64,000 nt of DNA from contig JAQFVV010000001.1 in NCBI GenBank assembly GCA_028023455.1, positions 30,194,001 through 30,258,000 of the forward strand. The letters run 5' to 3'. This document shows, piece after piece, positions 14,110 to 24,996 of this stretch. The stretch is from Epiperipatus broadwayi. Taxonomy: Eukaryota > Animalia > Onychophora. Made by a program: the position numbers and the translations under genes. Below the pieces are notes generated by a model, which made no database searches, was not told where the DNA came from, and saw nothing but the letters and a program-made list of their open reading frames with translations. The first letter of the stretch is position 1, and each line of letters starts with the position of its first letter.

Positions 14110-14900
14110 GACTTTTATTTAATGTTTAGGAACCATAACTTGTGCAAATATGAGGCAGATAAAAGAAAAAATCTCATCAATTTTATAACTGATTTAAGGA
14201 AAATAGGACACACTTATTCATCCATCAACAGAAAAGTCAACAAATTTTTCTATAAAATAAACCACAACCACAAGAAAGAAAGCAAACCAAGAATCTTAAT
14301 CCCATACGTTCACTCTACAGCTAAAAGCCTTATCAATCAACTATCATGTGACTTTGAAGTCGCTTTCCGTTCACCTCCCAACACCAATAGACTGATAAAT
14401 AATACCAAAGACAGGATCAAACCTGAACTCACCCCTCAAGTTGTGTACAAAATTACCTGCCCCCAAAGAAATTGTACGGCAACATATTATGGAGAGACCA
14501 AAACTAACATTGCCACCAGAGTAGCTCAACACCGATACCTTTACAATAAAACCTAAACAAAGTATGAAGGTAATTCGATTTTTGTCGAACACGAGAGAAA
14601 CTCTGGACACGCTTTTCTACCCACCACAGCCAGTGTCGTTTGCTCTGAAACAAACGACACCAAACGTAAAGTTAGGGAAGCTTACTTCATTGCGGCTGAC
14701 CCATCGGCAATCAACAGAGGAGAGGCCTGCTATTCCCTATCTCGTAAATGGTCCACGTAACATCTGCATATAAATTTGCATAAAATTTGCATAGTTTTAC
14801 AGTTATTAACAGAATAACTCGCCATGAATATGGGACTATAGACTGTCCCGAAAGCGCTTGGCAGTAAAAATTTTGACAATTTATTAATAACTTCATTACC
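14110..14900 (+). mobile_element. Penelope-like element 3' part (GIY-YIG endonuclease) with terminal-repeat region
   Basis: ORF 14122-14556 VVYKITCPQRNCTATYYGETK...RVAQH continues past a single TAA as ...VEHERNSGH...KRKVREAYFI...AINRGE...SLSRKWST* (stop at 14760). Confidence 0.9.
14817..14865 (+). ncRNA. Variant minimal type I hammerhead motif (A3-U8 core)
   Basis: ACU(C)GCC-AUGAAUAU-GGGAC/loop 8/GUCCC-GAAA-GCGC-UU-GGCAGU: stem I, stem II and palindromic stem III (AAGCGCUU) can all form. Confidence 0.65.
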
Positions 14901-14999
14901 TGTGTGCAGAGCACATATATATCTTAACTATTAAAACTAGAACATAAGAAATAGAAAAATTAAGATATTCCCTATTTTCTTGATTATTTTCTTAGGAAA

Positions 15000-17600
15000 C
15001 TACACCTATGATCCAAAGTGCTTTGATGTTTTTAAATGTTACTGATAGGCAATGTTGTTATTAATTGTCCATTGAATAAGCATTTTACATGTGAATGTTT
15101 TGTTATATTAATCCATATTTGTATTCTTCTAGTCCATCTAAACATTGAAATCTGTATCAGTGCTATTGATGATTTTATATCAAAAAATGTTGAGTTTAAT
15201 GAAGACTTTAAAAAAGATAATATGGATAATAACTGAAATATAATAACATAATATTCATGAAGTACATCAAAGTCTATCAAAATAAAGAATTAAATGCTTT
15301 TTTTTATTGATAACTTCTTTATGTAGTTATTGTAAGCAGATCAACACTTTTTGTCAATCTACTTAGTGACTTATCATCAACTATTTTACTGAAAAAGATA
15401 ATTTAAAGTTAGCTGAAGGCCGTCAAATGAGTATTAAAATAGAAAGAAGTCTGTATAAGCCAGTGGTTTAGAATGTAGGAGAAGTAATGAGAAAGTAGGT
15501 ATTTTTTCTTAGTATTTGAATTTGATGAGTTCATTTGAATGCTTAATTGAAAATATTTTTAAATCTCATGGTTAGATTCTGTTCAATACTGCACCAATTC
15601 TATTGTGTAATAATTATTATAAAGTTGGGAAATTTTTTTTTATTATTATTATAAATGAGATTCATTGCCCACCATAGTTGATGGGATTATAAAGCATTGT
15701 TTGTTGCTTGTAATATCTAGATAGATTAAAGTAATGCCATGGTTCATTTTAAATAAAACCCATGTTTAGCCCCATGAGAGGTCTAACTATTTATCATGAG
15801 CAGCTCCTGCTCTGAGTTCGAGTATGCCTAGCTTAATTCAATAAATAATATACATAGTGACTTATTATTCAGAGAGTAATTCCAGATTGATGAATTATTG
15901 TTTTCTAAATATATTTGTGAACTAATTTACCAATAATTAGTTACTGGCTACTTCCAAATGGTCCCCAGTTTTATAAACAATTCCCTTACTTTAATATGAA
16001 CAGTACTAAATTCACTGACCAGTTTATTTGATTGGCCTGATTGTGCCATTGACTATGTTTACTTCTGAATCTGATTCTAGAGTATTCTATACTATAGTTT
16101 AGAAAAATCTATTATTGAACTAAACTTTAGATGAGTCCATAACATAAATATTTAGCAGTATCATTCTAGTCCTTGAAACAGATATATTGTTAATTGGTTA
16201 TGGGTAGTAATTACTAGAAATATCATAGTCATACATATTATTTTTCATATTATGTAGCTGATGTAATTCAATTGAAAGACTTATCCTCCCATCTTTAAAG
16301 TAATTCCTACTAAATTTTTGAGTATATAAGTAAGTATTTCTTTCACTGAATCCAATTCATCAGTAAGTGAAATCATTAGGAGGATCTTTTTTTCTAAAAT
16401 TTGTAGCATTCAATCTTGTTAAATATCATGAAAGCTTTTATTCAGTTTGTTGAAGTTAAAACTTATAGTATAATATATGTTTTAATCTTTCCGATGTAAA
16501 TTTATAAAATCACACTGCAAGAGACAATTCAACATATGTAAATATGAACTTATCTAAAATATAATAATCTCTTATTTCTGATGTAATCTCAAATATTGAC
16601 AGGATATCAACATTATGGTGGAATTTTTTTAGAAATATGCTATGGGAAGAGTCTTTAATTGCATTCAGCATCAAATTTTATTTTTGTTATTATTCCAAGA
16701 GTGATATTGATATAGACCAGTGGTCTTCAACCTTTTCACACCTGCGGACCGGTAAAAATAAAGATAAGGTTCCGCGGAGTAGCAAAAATAAGAATAAGAT
16801 TTCGAAGACCGGCAGTCTATAGATAAATTTTCTTAAAGATAAGCATAATTGTTATAACTGATCAAAACAACAATGTTAAATGTATAAGATAAAGTTTTAT
16901 ATATATATATGGAGTTTATATAATAAAAACCTTTTTTTAAAATTTTTTTAGAAAAGTAATAAAAAATTTAATTCTCCCCCCCCCCCCAATAAACATCTGT
17001 GATAACTAGAAAAACAAATTAATTTATGAATGATTGATTAGATTTTGTTTTCGTTCTGTTTTCTTTTTTTTTTAATTGAGTAAAAATGGGATGAAAAAAT
17101 AAATAAAAATTGGCTATATTAATTATAAGTTTAAACTCTTATTATTACAAACTTTTTACTGCCTGTCTAGCATGCAGACCTGCAGAAAAGTTCCGGGCCC
17201 AGTGCCGGGCCGCAGACCAAGGGTTGAAGAACACTGATATAGACAAATAAGTTTTATTAGTGATCTTTTGGCCCAGTTTGCAATTTCTGTGGTTCACAAA
17301 AATAAACTCTACATACAGATTTCTACACTTATTTCAATAATATTTAACAAACCTTTGCAAGGAAATCAACTCAGGACTTTTGAATGCCAATTTAACTATT
17401 GTAAATAGCATTTTCACATCTGTATCATTTTTTATCATTGTTTATAAAGGTAAATTTATCTATTACAATCTAATGGAGATTCACTGAAGAATTATCAGTA
17501 ATTTATATATTTACAATATATCTTTAGTTCCTCATAATTTACAGTTAAATAGTAGTTTATGAATTATGAATCATAGCCATAGCAGCAATAAATAATGTTT
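15000..17600 (-). mobile_element. Very decayed LINE (CR1-like) remnant interrupted by the hAT MITE
   Basis: Only scattered motif-like fragments (e.g. an NYRPISIL-like stretch near 15420-15470); boundaries approximate. Confidence 0.3.
16718..17236. mobile_element. hAT (Charlie/Buster-type) MITE
   Basis: TIRs CAGTGGTCTTCAACC / GGTTGAAGAACACTG; perfect 8-bp TSD ATATAGAC at 16710-16717 and 17237-17244. Confidence 0.92.
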
Positions 17601-19765
17601 AATCATATGTATGTATTGAAAGAACTAAAATTATTTCAACTTTTAAATGATCCATCCATTGAAATCTAACTCACTAAAAAGAAATAAATGAACGAATTTA
17701 AAATGTAATCTAATAACTCAAAATAGGAAATAATAACAAAAATCCTAATTTTGATGATGGAACTAATTTAAAACTATTACAAAATTAATACCTGTAAAAA
17801 TAAAAGTGACGAAAAAATGTTCAACAATGATATTCCTGAGAATTCAAATGAAACTCCTGATACCAAGAAATAAAACTGCTTTCAACAACTACAAACCAGT
17901 CAGGGAGGATGGAAAACAGTTGAAGAAACATGTCAGATGTAAAGATTAATCAAAATCATGTAAAAATGTTTTTCAAATGTTAAATTGTTCATAAAGAAAA
18001 AATAACAATATCGTGATGTCAAACCGGAAGTGGCCATAAGCGGCAAAACTTTGCAGGAAAGAAAATTATTTTAAATATTAATTCAATCTCAAATTAAGAA
18101 TTAAACATTTTGGTTTATGATTTAAGTTACCTCCTTGCATAAAAATTATAAATTTATTATGATTAGATCAAAAGTTATTGGGCCACTCCCGGTGCGATTG
18201 GGACGCCACAAAAATAAAAAAGTTTCAAATTGACTTAGAATTATGACGAAGTGAATTAGAATGTAAAAAAAACAATGATTTAGATATAAAAATGGTTTAT
18301 AGGATGTTATATGCCTAGACAGAAACATAAGCGGTTAATTGGTCAATCCCTTTAGATTTAAATTATTAAGAAAAACCAAAGACTAAATACAAACCATTAG
18401 ATTTTATAATTGGAACTTTAAGAATCAAGAATTAGAACTCAACTTGGATTAGAAGAACTCAATAGGATCAGTAAAGCAGAATCACAATTGAAATTTTGTC
18501 ACAATCTAGTTCAGAACAAGATTATGTAATATGAACTGGATCATGAACCCTGAGGACTTAATGGAACCACGAGACTAATTGTTTTTTTTTTCCTTTTTGG
18601 GTTTTGCTTGAATTCTCAGTCTCAAGGGTAGAGGCGATGGCCATAAAGGATTTAATTAATTGGTGGGATCAGTTGGCGATCATTGCCGCACCCAGGTTTG
18701 GGGATGATCTGGCAAGGTTCTTGTGGCCCTCCCTGATTCGGTTGGTGTTCTGGACATGCTGAACTAATGTTGCACCCAGATAAATTGCAACCCACTTATG
18801 GCAGGGGCCAAAGTGATTTAACCTTGTCCAAAGAGTGGGTCTGGGTTCTTGCTAAACTGAGTTCTGGCTGACGGGTCATAGATGGGGTCTGGCGGGGGGG
18901 GGAGCTGCCTGGGGACATGTCAGGCGGGTTGAGAGTCAATTGATCCACATAGACATTGCCTCAAATGGACATAGCATCACCTTGATTGACTGACATTTGA
19001 TCTGTGATAATTCATGTCCCTTTTTTTTTGGTATTTTTTTTTCTAGATGTTTGTACTCTGAATGTATTTTTTCTTTTCAGATACCTGTAATACTTAATCT
19101 ATTGGAAAAGGCAGTTGTATTGCTTTGAGCCACCACCCAGTTGTAGAATATAAATGTATCATTGTAGCCTCTATTGCCCATTGCTGCAGGTGACAAAATA
19201 TGGCCCCTGCACAGGTGGATCATACTTAATAGAGTTGCTTTGAAACATAGTCATAAATTTAAAAATATCAATGAATTGTAATTGACCTAAATGTGAATAA
19301 ATTTGATTTTGAAAGTAAAAAGAATCTCAAAAAATAAAAATAATCTAAAAAATCTCATTTCTACTATTTAAAAAAAATGTATGTATAAACGTTTTTTTTA
19401 AATAAAAGTAAACAGATTAAGAGATTAATTTATAATAAATGTTGACATATTTATATCTCATGAATTGAGATTCATATAATTATGGAAAAAGTTATTAAGT
19501 TTTTTTCCTGGAATTGAAATGTTAGGCTTGTTTATAAGTTATTGTAAATTTATATATTTCTATACACATTTTATTACATGTTAAGTTTTTAGAATTTATC
19601 TTGATATATATCTGTATGAAATGTATAATGCATAATATGTAAATATTAAGAAAACTATATTACTTATATGCATTTATATATTATATATGTGCATGCACAC
19701 ACAACAACATTATATCATGAGTTTGTCTAAAACATAAAATGTACATTTATAAACATATGTTTTAG

Positions 19766-19888
19766 CATCTTGACTTAGCTGCTCTTCTAATTAAATATAA
19801 TACTGTTGTCAATGCAACTGATAGATGGGGCTTTACTCCTTTACATGAGGCTGCTCAGAAAGGTCGTACCCAGCTATGTGCATTATTG
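19766..19888 (+). CDS. Tnks: Tankyrase internal exon, ankyrin repeat
   Basis: tttag|...|gtaagt, 123 nt, [41 protein letters not shown]; continues in frame from the previous exon (SSYG|HLD). Confidence 0.97.
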
Positions 19889-21191
19889 GTAAGTAAATAC
19901 AAATTTTTATTATTGATAATATGTTTGCCATTTGTTTTTACATTATATCACCAGATTAATTTTAAATATTGTCTTTTTATTATAAAATTATTTATGCAAA
20001 TGATAATATCAATTAAGTAAATACTCATTAAAGTTTAATATACAGTACTATCATCTGAATATACAACTTATCATACTACAAGTTTGTTATTTTAGCAATG
20101 AAATTCAGAAACAATGGATTGGAAAAATTAAATTAGAATGTTAGGAAAAGATTTCCTAAGTTTCTAAAAATAATAAAAGCATAATGAATTGGTTGCAAGA
20201 AATTAATAAACTTAGCAAAATTATTGTCAGGTGAAAATAAGTGCATTGAAAAAGTAGACAAGAAGAAAAAGTAACATTAGTGTAGAATTTAGAAGTATGC
20301 ATTTGGATTAAGTTTTCTATTTGAAGACAAAGTTAAATCATCTATGCAACAGAATGGTTTGATCATGCTATAACACTTCATCATTATTATTCTGGAGGTA
20401 GGGCAGAGATTTATTTACAAGCAGCTTCTAATAAAGATAGTTAATATTTAGAACTATACTATAAATTTTAATGTGCCTTTTGCAACATTAAGATGCATAT
20501 TTAATAGCACAAAAAGTAAATAGATGTAATGTTTATTTAAAGAATCTTTTATGACAAAGGTTATCAATATTGGTATATATTGTTGATGACATGGAAATAT
20601 GAAAGATTATTTTTAAAAAAAGAAGCTACTATGAAAGTATATTAAAGAAAGAAAATAAAAAATAATAAATATGAAATGGGATATGAATCATTTGAATTTT
20701 TAAAAGAAATTAAAATCCCAGTAATTTGATTCAAATATCGCTTGAAGTATCTTTTTTTTTTTTTTTTTTCTCCCCCTCCAATCCTCCTCTTCCTTCCCCC
20801 CCCCCCCAACCCCACAAAAAAAAAACATTTTTTATTTATTTTTTTTTTTTAAAACCCACACCCCCCACCCAACAATATTCCCCCCAAATTAAAATATTTT
20901 TCAAACCCCCAAAAAATTTTTGATTTTTTTTTTCCCAAAATATAAAAACATTACCTTTAAACCACTCCCCCCCAATTTTAACGTAATTTTTCCCCCTCCT
21001 AAAAAGAAAAATTCTCAAAAAAATTTTATTTTATATTCAATATATTTATATTTGTCCTCCAGTCTAGTCGATATATATTAAAGAATTATTTTTACTTAAG
21101 TAACAAGAGCTATATCATCCACAGATCTTATACATTTTATTAGTCTACCTCCAAAATTGACTTCTCCATAATTCATGTAAGTAAATATCTA

Positions 21192-21339
21192 AAAAGACAG
21201 GTGATATGCAACATCCCTGTGTAACACTTTTTTCTCTCCTCATTTTTTTTACTCTCTCTATCTTCAAAAGACAGGTGATATGCAACATCCCTGTGTAACA
21301 CTTTTTTCTCTCCTCATTTTTTTTACTCTCTCTATCTTC
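21192..21339. repeat. 74-bp tandem duplication
   Basis: aaaagacaggtgatatgcaacatccc...tctatcttc repeated twice (starts 21192 and 21266). Confidence 0.9.
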
Positions 21340-21524
21340 CAATTTAATGCTTATACTTTGTTTAATCTACATATTCCAAATCAAGCTTCTTCTTATAATG
21401 CAGTCTTATTCCTCATCATTTCATAAGCCTATTCTTGATTAATACATCTATTTACCATTCAAATATGCAAATTTTCTGTTGTGATTTATTCTCTAATAAA
21501 TACCACAATTTCTTCTCATAGTCA

Positions 21525-21575
21525 GTGCAATGATTATGACTATTACTGTTAAATAGTCGAAAGCATGCTAGACAT
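21525..21575 (+). ncRNA. Variant hammerhead motif (A3-U8 core), 5' pLTR copy
   Basis: GUGCA-AUGAUUAU-GACUA/loop 11/UAGUC-GAAA-GCAUGC-UA-GACAU; stem I partly mutated. Confidence 0.55.
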
Positions 21576-22860
21576 ACCTTGCTAATTATAAAATAAAAAG
21601 CTTTTTACTAAATATAGTTGTATATATATTTTGTATTACATATTCCAAGATAAAGCTCACCAAATTCTTTAAGTTACATTATAACTTTATGAATATCCAT
21701 CTAATGCTTAAGATGGTATGTAAAATCTGTAAATCGATTTGCATTTTTAATGAAAGTATTAATAACTTTGAAAATTGTAAAAATCTTTTTGAATGGTTGC
21801 CAAATTTCCACCCCTAAGGCTATTTTTAACCGAAATAAAATCACCATCCACCTAAAATCTCTCCTGATAAAAAAACATTATTAAAGGTTGTAAAAGATCT
21901 TTGAAAAAAAGAATAACAATATAAAATGTGGGGGACACAGGAAATACTATCTGAGATTAATATTAAATATAGAGTGTTAGCTCTTAACTTGCAAGCAAAA
22001 TATGTGAAGAAAACAAGCTTTTCACTGCTTACAACTTTGTCAACTTGATAACACAACCCATCTGATAATATTGAGAAAATTCTAAAATATGACGATTTAT
22101 CAGCATAACTTAGAAGAATCCAATGATAGAGCTTGCTGCTGATATTGAAACAATATATAATGATAATCAGCAACGAGAAATAATCATTGGTCAAGAAGTG
22201 GTTTAAAAGTATTGAATCTACTAAGAAATATTTTCAGAGAAATGACATCATTTGTTTGAAGGAGGATAAGGGAAATTGATTTGTATTATTGTCCAAACAG
22301 GACTTTGTCACTAAAATTCACACATAAATTAATAAACTAAATTTTAAACCAATAGACTCGTACAACATATAAAGATAAATTTATGTCTGCAGACTTATGT
22401 AAGATTTGCAATAAGGCATTTTCGAAAAGCGAATACTGTAACATCTATTCATCTGCTGAAATCCCGCTCAAAATATTTGCTAATATAAAATTACATAAAA
22501 TTCAACCCCCCTTATGTTTGATAATAGACTTTGGAGGCACCTATTATTACAAGGCATCTAAAATGATTGGCCAGTAGCTTGTGGATCAATTCAGTTTTGG
22601 CAAATTTACTATCAAATCTTTATTTGAGTGCATGAAGGTAATTAAAAATATTTGACTCAATAAACAAAGCCGTCTGGCATCGTTGTATATCACTGAGCTA
22701 TATGGTTCTATCCCATGCAAAATATCTATCCAAATTATTAAAGAGGCACTGGTGAAAGCCGAGTATAATGTACATCGAATGAAATTTCATCATTAATTGG
22801 GTCTTCCCATGAGCAGCATAATTTCAACTGTTGTGCTTAATAAATTCAAAGAAGAGATTT

Positions 22861-23072
22861 TACCTAACTATTTTAAGCAAATTTCTTCTTTGATATATAT
22901 ATACAATACATGGATGATGTTTTATTTGCACCACTGATGCGCAAATCAAAGAAATACAGCAGGATCTACCTAACTATTTTAAGCAAATTTCTTCTTTGAT
23001 ATATATATACAATACATGGATGATGTTTTATTTGCACTACTGATGCGCAAATCAAAGAAATACAGCAGGATC
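22861..23072. repeat. 106-bp tandem duplication containing the PLE YMDD motif
   Basis: tacctaactattttaagc...cagcaggatc repeated (starts 22861 and 22967), near-identical. Confidence 0.9.
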
Positions 23073-23337
23073 TTGGGAAGGTTTTTTATTAAAATGGGCA
23101 ATAGAGAATGAAGACAATTTTAAAGGCATCAAGTTCCTAGAATTATATTCAGCATAAAACCACCCAAGTAAATTACAAAATGCTATGAAGCCCATTCATG
23201 TTCAAGGTGTTATACACCCTGAATCTACTAAACTGAAATCTCATAAATTAACTGGTCTTAAGATACTTTTGTATAAGAACCATAATCTGTGTAAATTTGA
23301 AGTTGACAGAAAAAACAATATAGAAACCTATATCACA

Positions 23338-24396
23338 AAGGCAAAACTCCATACAGTAGTGCCACCCTGTGCTAACCAGAGTAATCAATAGATGCCAGAA
23401 GGCTTGTGCATAAAATCCCTATCTAGTGCCTACTCGTCCAATATCTCCAGACTAGTTTCTGGCTTGTGGCCATCATCAGTGAGGAGCCTTGGATCTGAGA
23501 GCACTGCACCTAGATCTTAGGATCTAATACAACCCTCCAACAGCCACCTTTTAACTCTACTTTACTACAAAACTATGAGAATGAAATTGAAAACACAAAA
23601 ATATTTTCAATCTAAGCTCAATAGCTTATATAGTCATATGGGTCTGAACTCAATTCAGCACCCATTCATTTTGGTGTCTTTGGCTCTTAAACAACCATAG
23701 CCACCACTATCCTATTAGGCAGGATTGGTGTTAAACCACTAAACATCACATGATCACCATCTCATACTAGCACATAACGAGAGTAATCAATAGATGCCAG
23801 AAGGCTTGTGCATAAAATCCCTATCTAGTGCCTACTCATCCAATATCCCCAGACTAGTTTCTGGCTTGTAGCCATCATCAGTGAGGAGCCCCTTGGATCT
23901 GAGAGCACTGCACCTAGATCTTACGATCTAATGCAACCCTCCAGCAGCCACCTTTTAACTCTACTTTATTACAAAACTATGAGAATGAAATTGAAAACAC
24001 AATAATATTTTCAATCTAAGCTCAATAGCTTATATAGTCATATGGATCTGAACTCAATTCAGCATTGAAAATATGTTTGTGTTTTCAATTTCATTCTCAT
24101 AGTTTTATAGTAAAGCAGAATTAAAAGGTGGCTGCTGGAGGTTTACATTAGATCCTAAGATCTAGGTGCAGTGCTCTCAGATCCAAGGCTCCTCACTGAT
24201 GATGGCCACAAGCCAGAAACTAGTCTGGGGATATTGGATGAGTAGGCACTAGATAGGGATTTTATGCACAAGCCTTCTGGCATCTATTGATTACTCTGGT
24301 TAGCACAGGATGGCACTACTGTATGGAGAATTTTGCCCTTGTTTACAACAATTATGTGCTAGTATGAGATGGTGATCATGTGATGTTTAGTGGTTT
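23338..24396. mobile_element. Non-coding hammerhead-bearing tandem/inverted repeat insertion (retrozyme-like or non-autonomous PLE)
   Basis: Two direct units (gagtaatc at 23379 and 23781) followed by an inverted unit from about 24065; TSD AACCTATATCACA at 23325-23337 and 24397-24409; removing it restores the PLE frame ETYIT|DLRNIGY. Confidence 0.88.
24190..24231 (+). ncRNA. Minimal type I hammerhead ribozyme motif (canonical core)
   Basis: UCCUCA-CUGAUGA-UGGC/CACAA/GCCA-GAAA-CUAG-UC-UGGGGA; palindromic stem III ACUAGU, GUC cleavage triplet. Minus-strand copies at 23444-23485 and 23846-23887. Confidence 0.85.
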
Positions 24397-24945
24397 AACC
24401 TATATCACAGATTTACGCAATATTGGATATAAAAGTATACTCTCATTTGAACCGTAAAAAACTTTTATTCTAAAATTAAATATTTGTCCATTAAAATCAA
24501 TGACAAAGCCTGTATATCACTGCCTTATATTCCAGGGGCTACCCATCATGTCAACAAAGTCTATGTTGTGAATCATCAAGTTGGTTTTCACATTCCTCTT
24601 CTGAATCTGCTAATTAACAACACCAAAGACTGACCGCCTTTAGAGCTGAAATTTCAAATCATTTACAGAATTGGATGTAGCTATACTATAAGCATGAATC
24701 TAACCTATGCCACATCTTCAAACCTACCTCCATCAGCATCATCTGCACTGAATGTAATGATACCAAAGGCAAAGTGAAAAAGACCTGGCACATTGCCAGA
24801 GATAAATACGCAAACAACAGAAAAGATTCCTGTGTCTCCCTTTCAAAAAAATAGCCAGTGCGAATCATTTATTTATTATTTAAATATGCAAATTTTTTAT
24901 TGTGGTTTATTTCATAATAAATACCACAATTTCTTCTCACGGTCA

Positions 24946-24996
24946 GTGCCATGAATATGACTATTACTGTTAAGTAGTCAAAAGCATCCTAGGCAT
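24946..24996 (+). ncRNA. Variant hammerhead motif (A3-U8 core), 3' pLTR copy
   Basis: GUGCC-AUGAAUAU-GACUA/loop 11/UAGUC-AAAA-GCAUCC-UA-GGCAU; stem I intact, G12 mutated at a CpG site. Confidence 0.5.

Noticed and set aside
20726-21030. C/A/T homopolymer-rich, nearly G-free tract with two short ORF calls
   Set aside because: Looks like low-quality or unpolished read sequence (runs of C, A and T); the ORFs are compositional noise.
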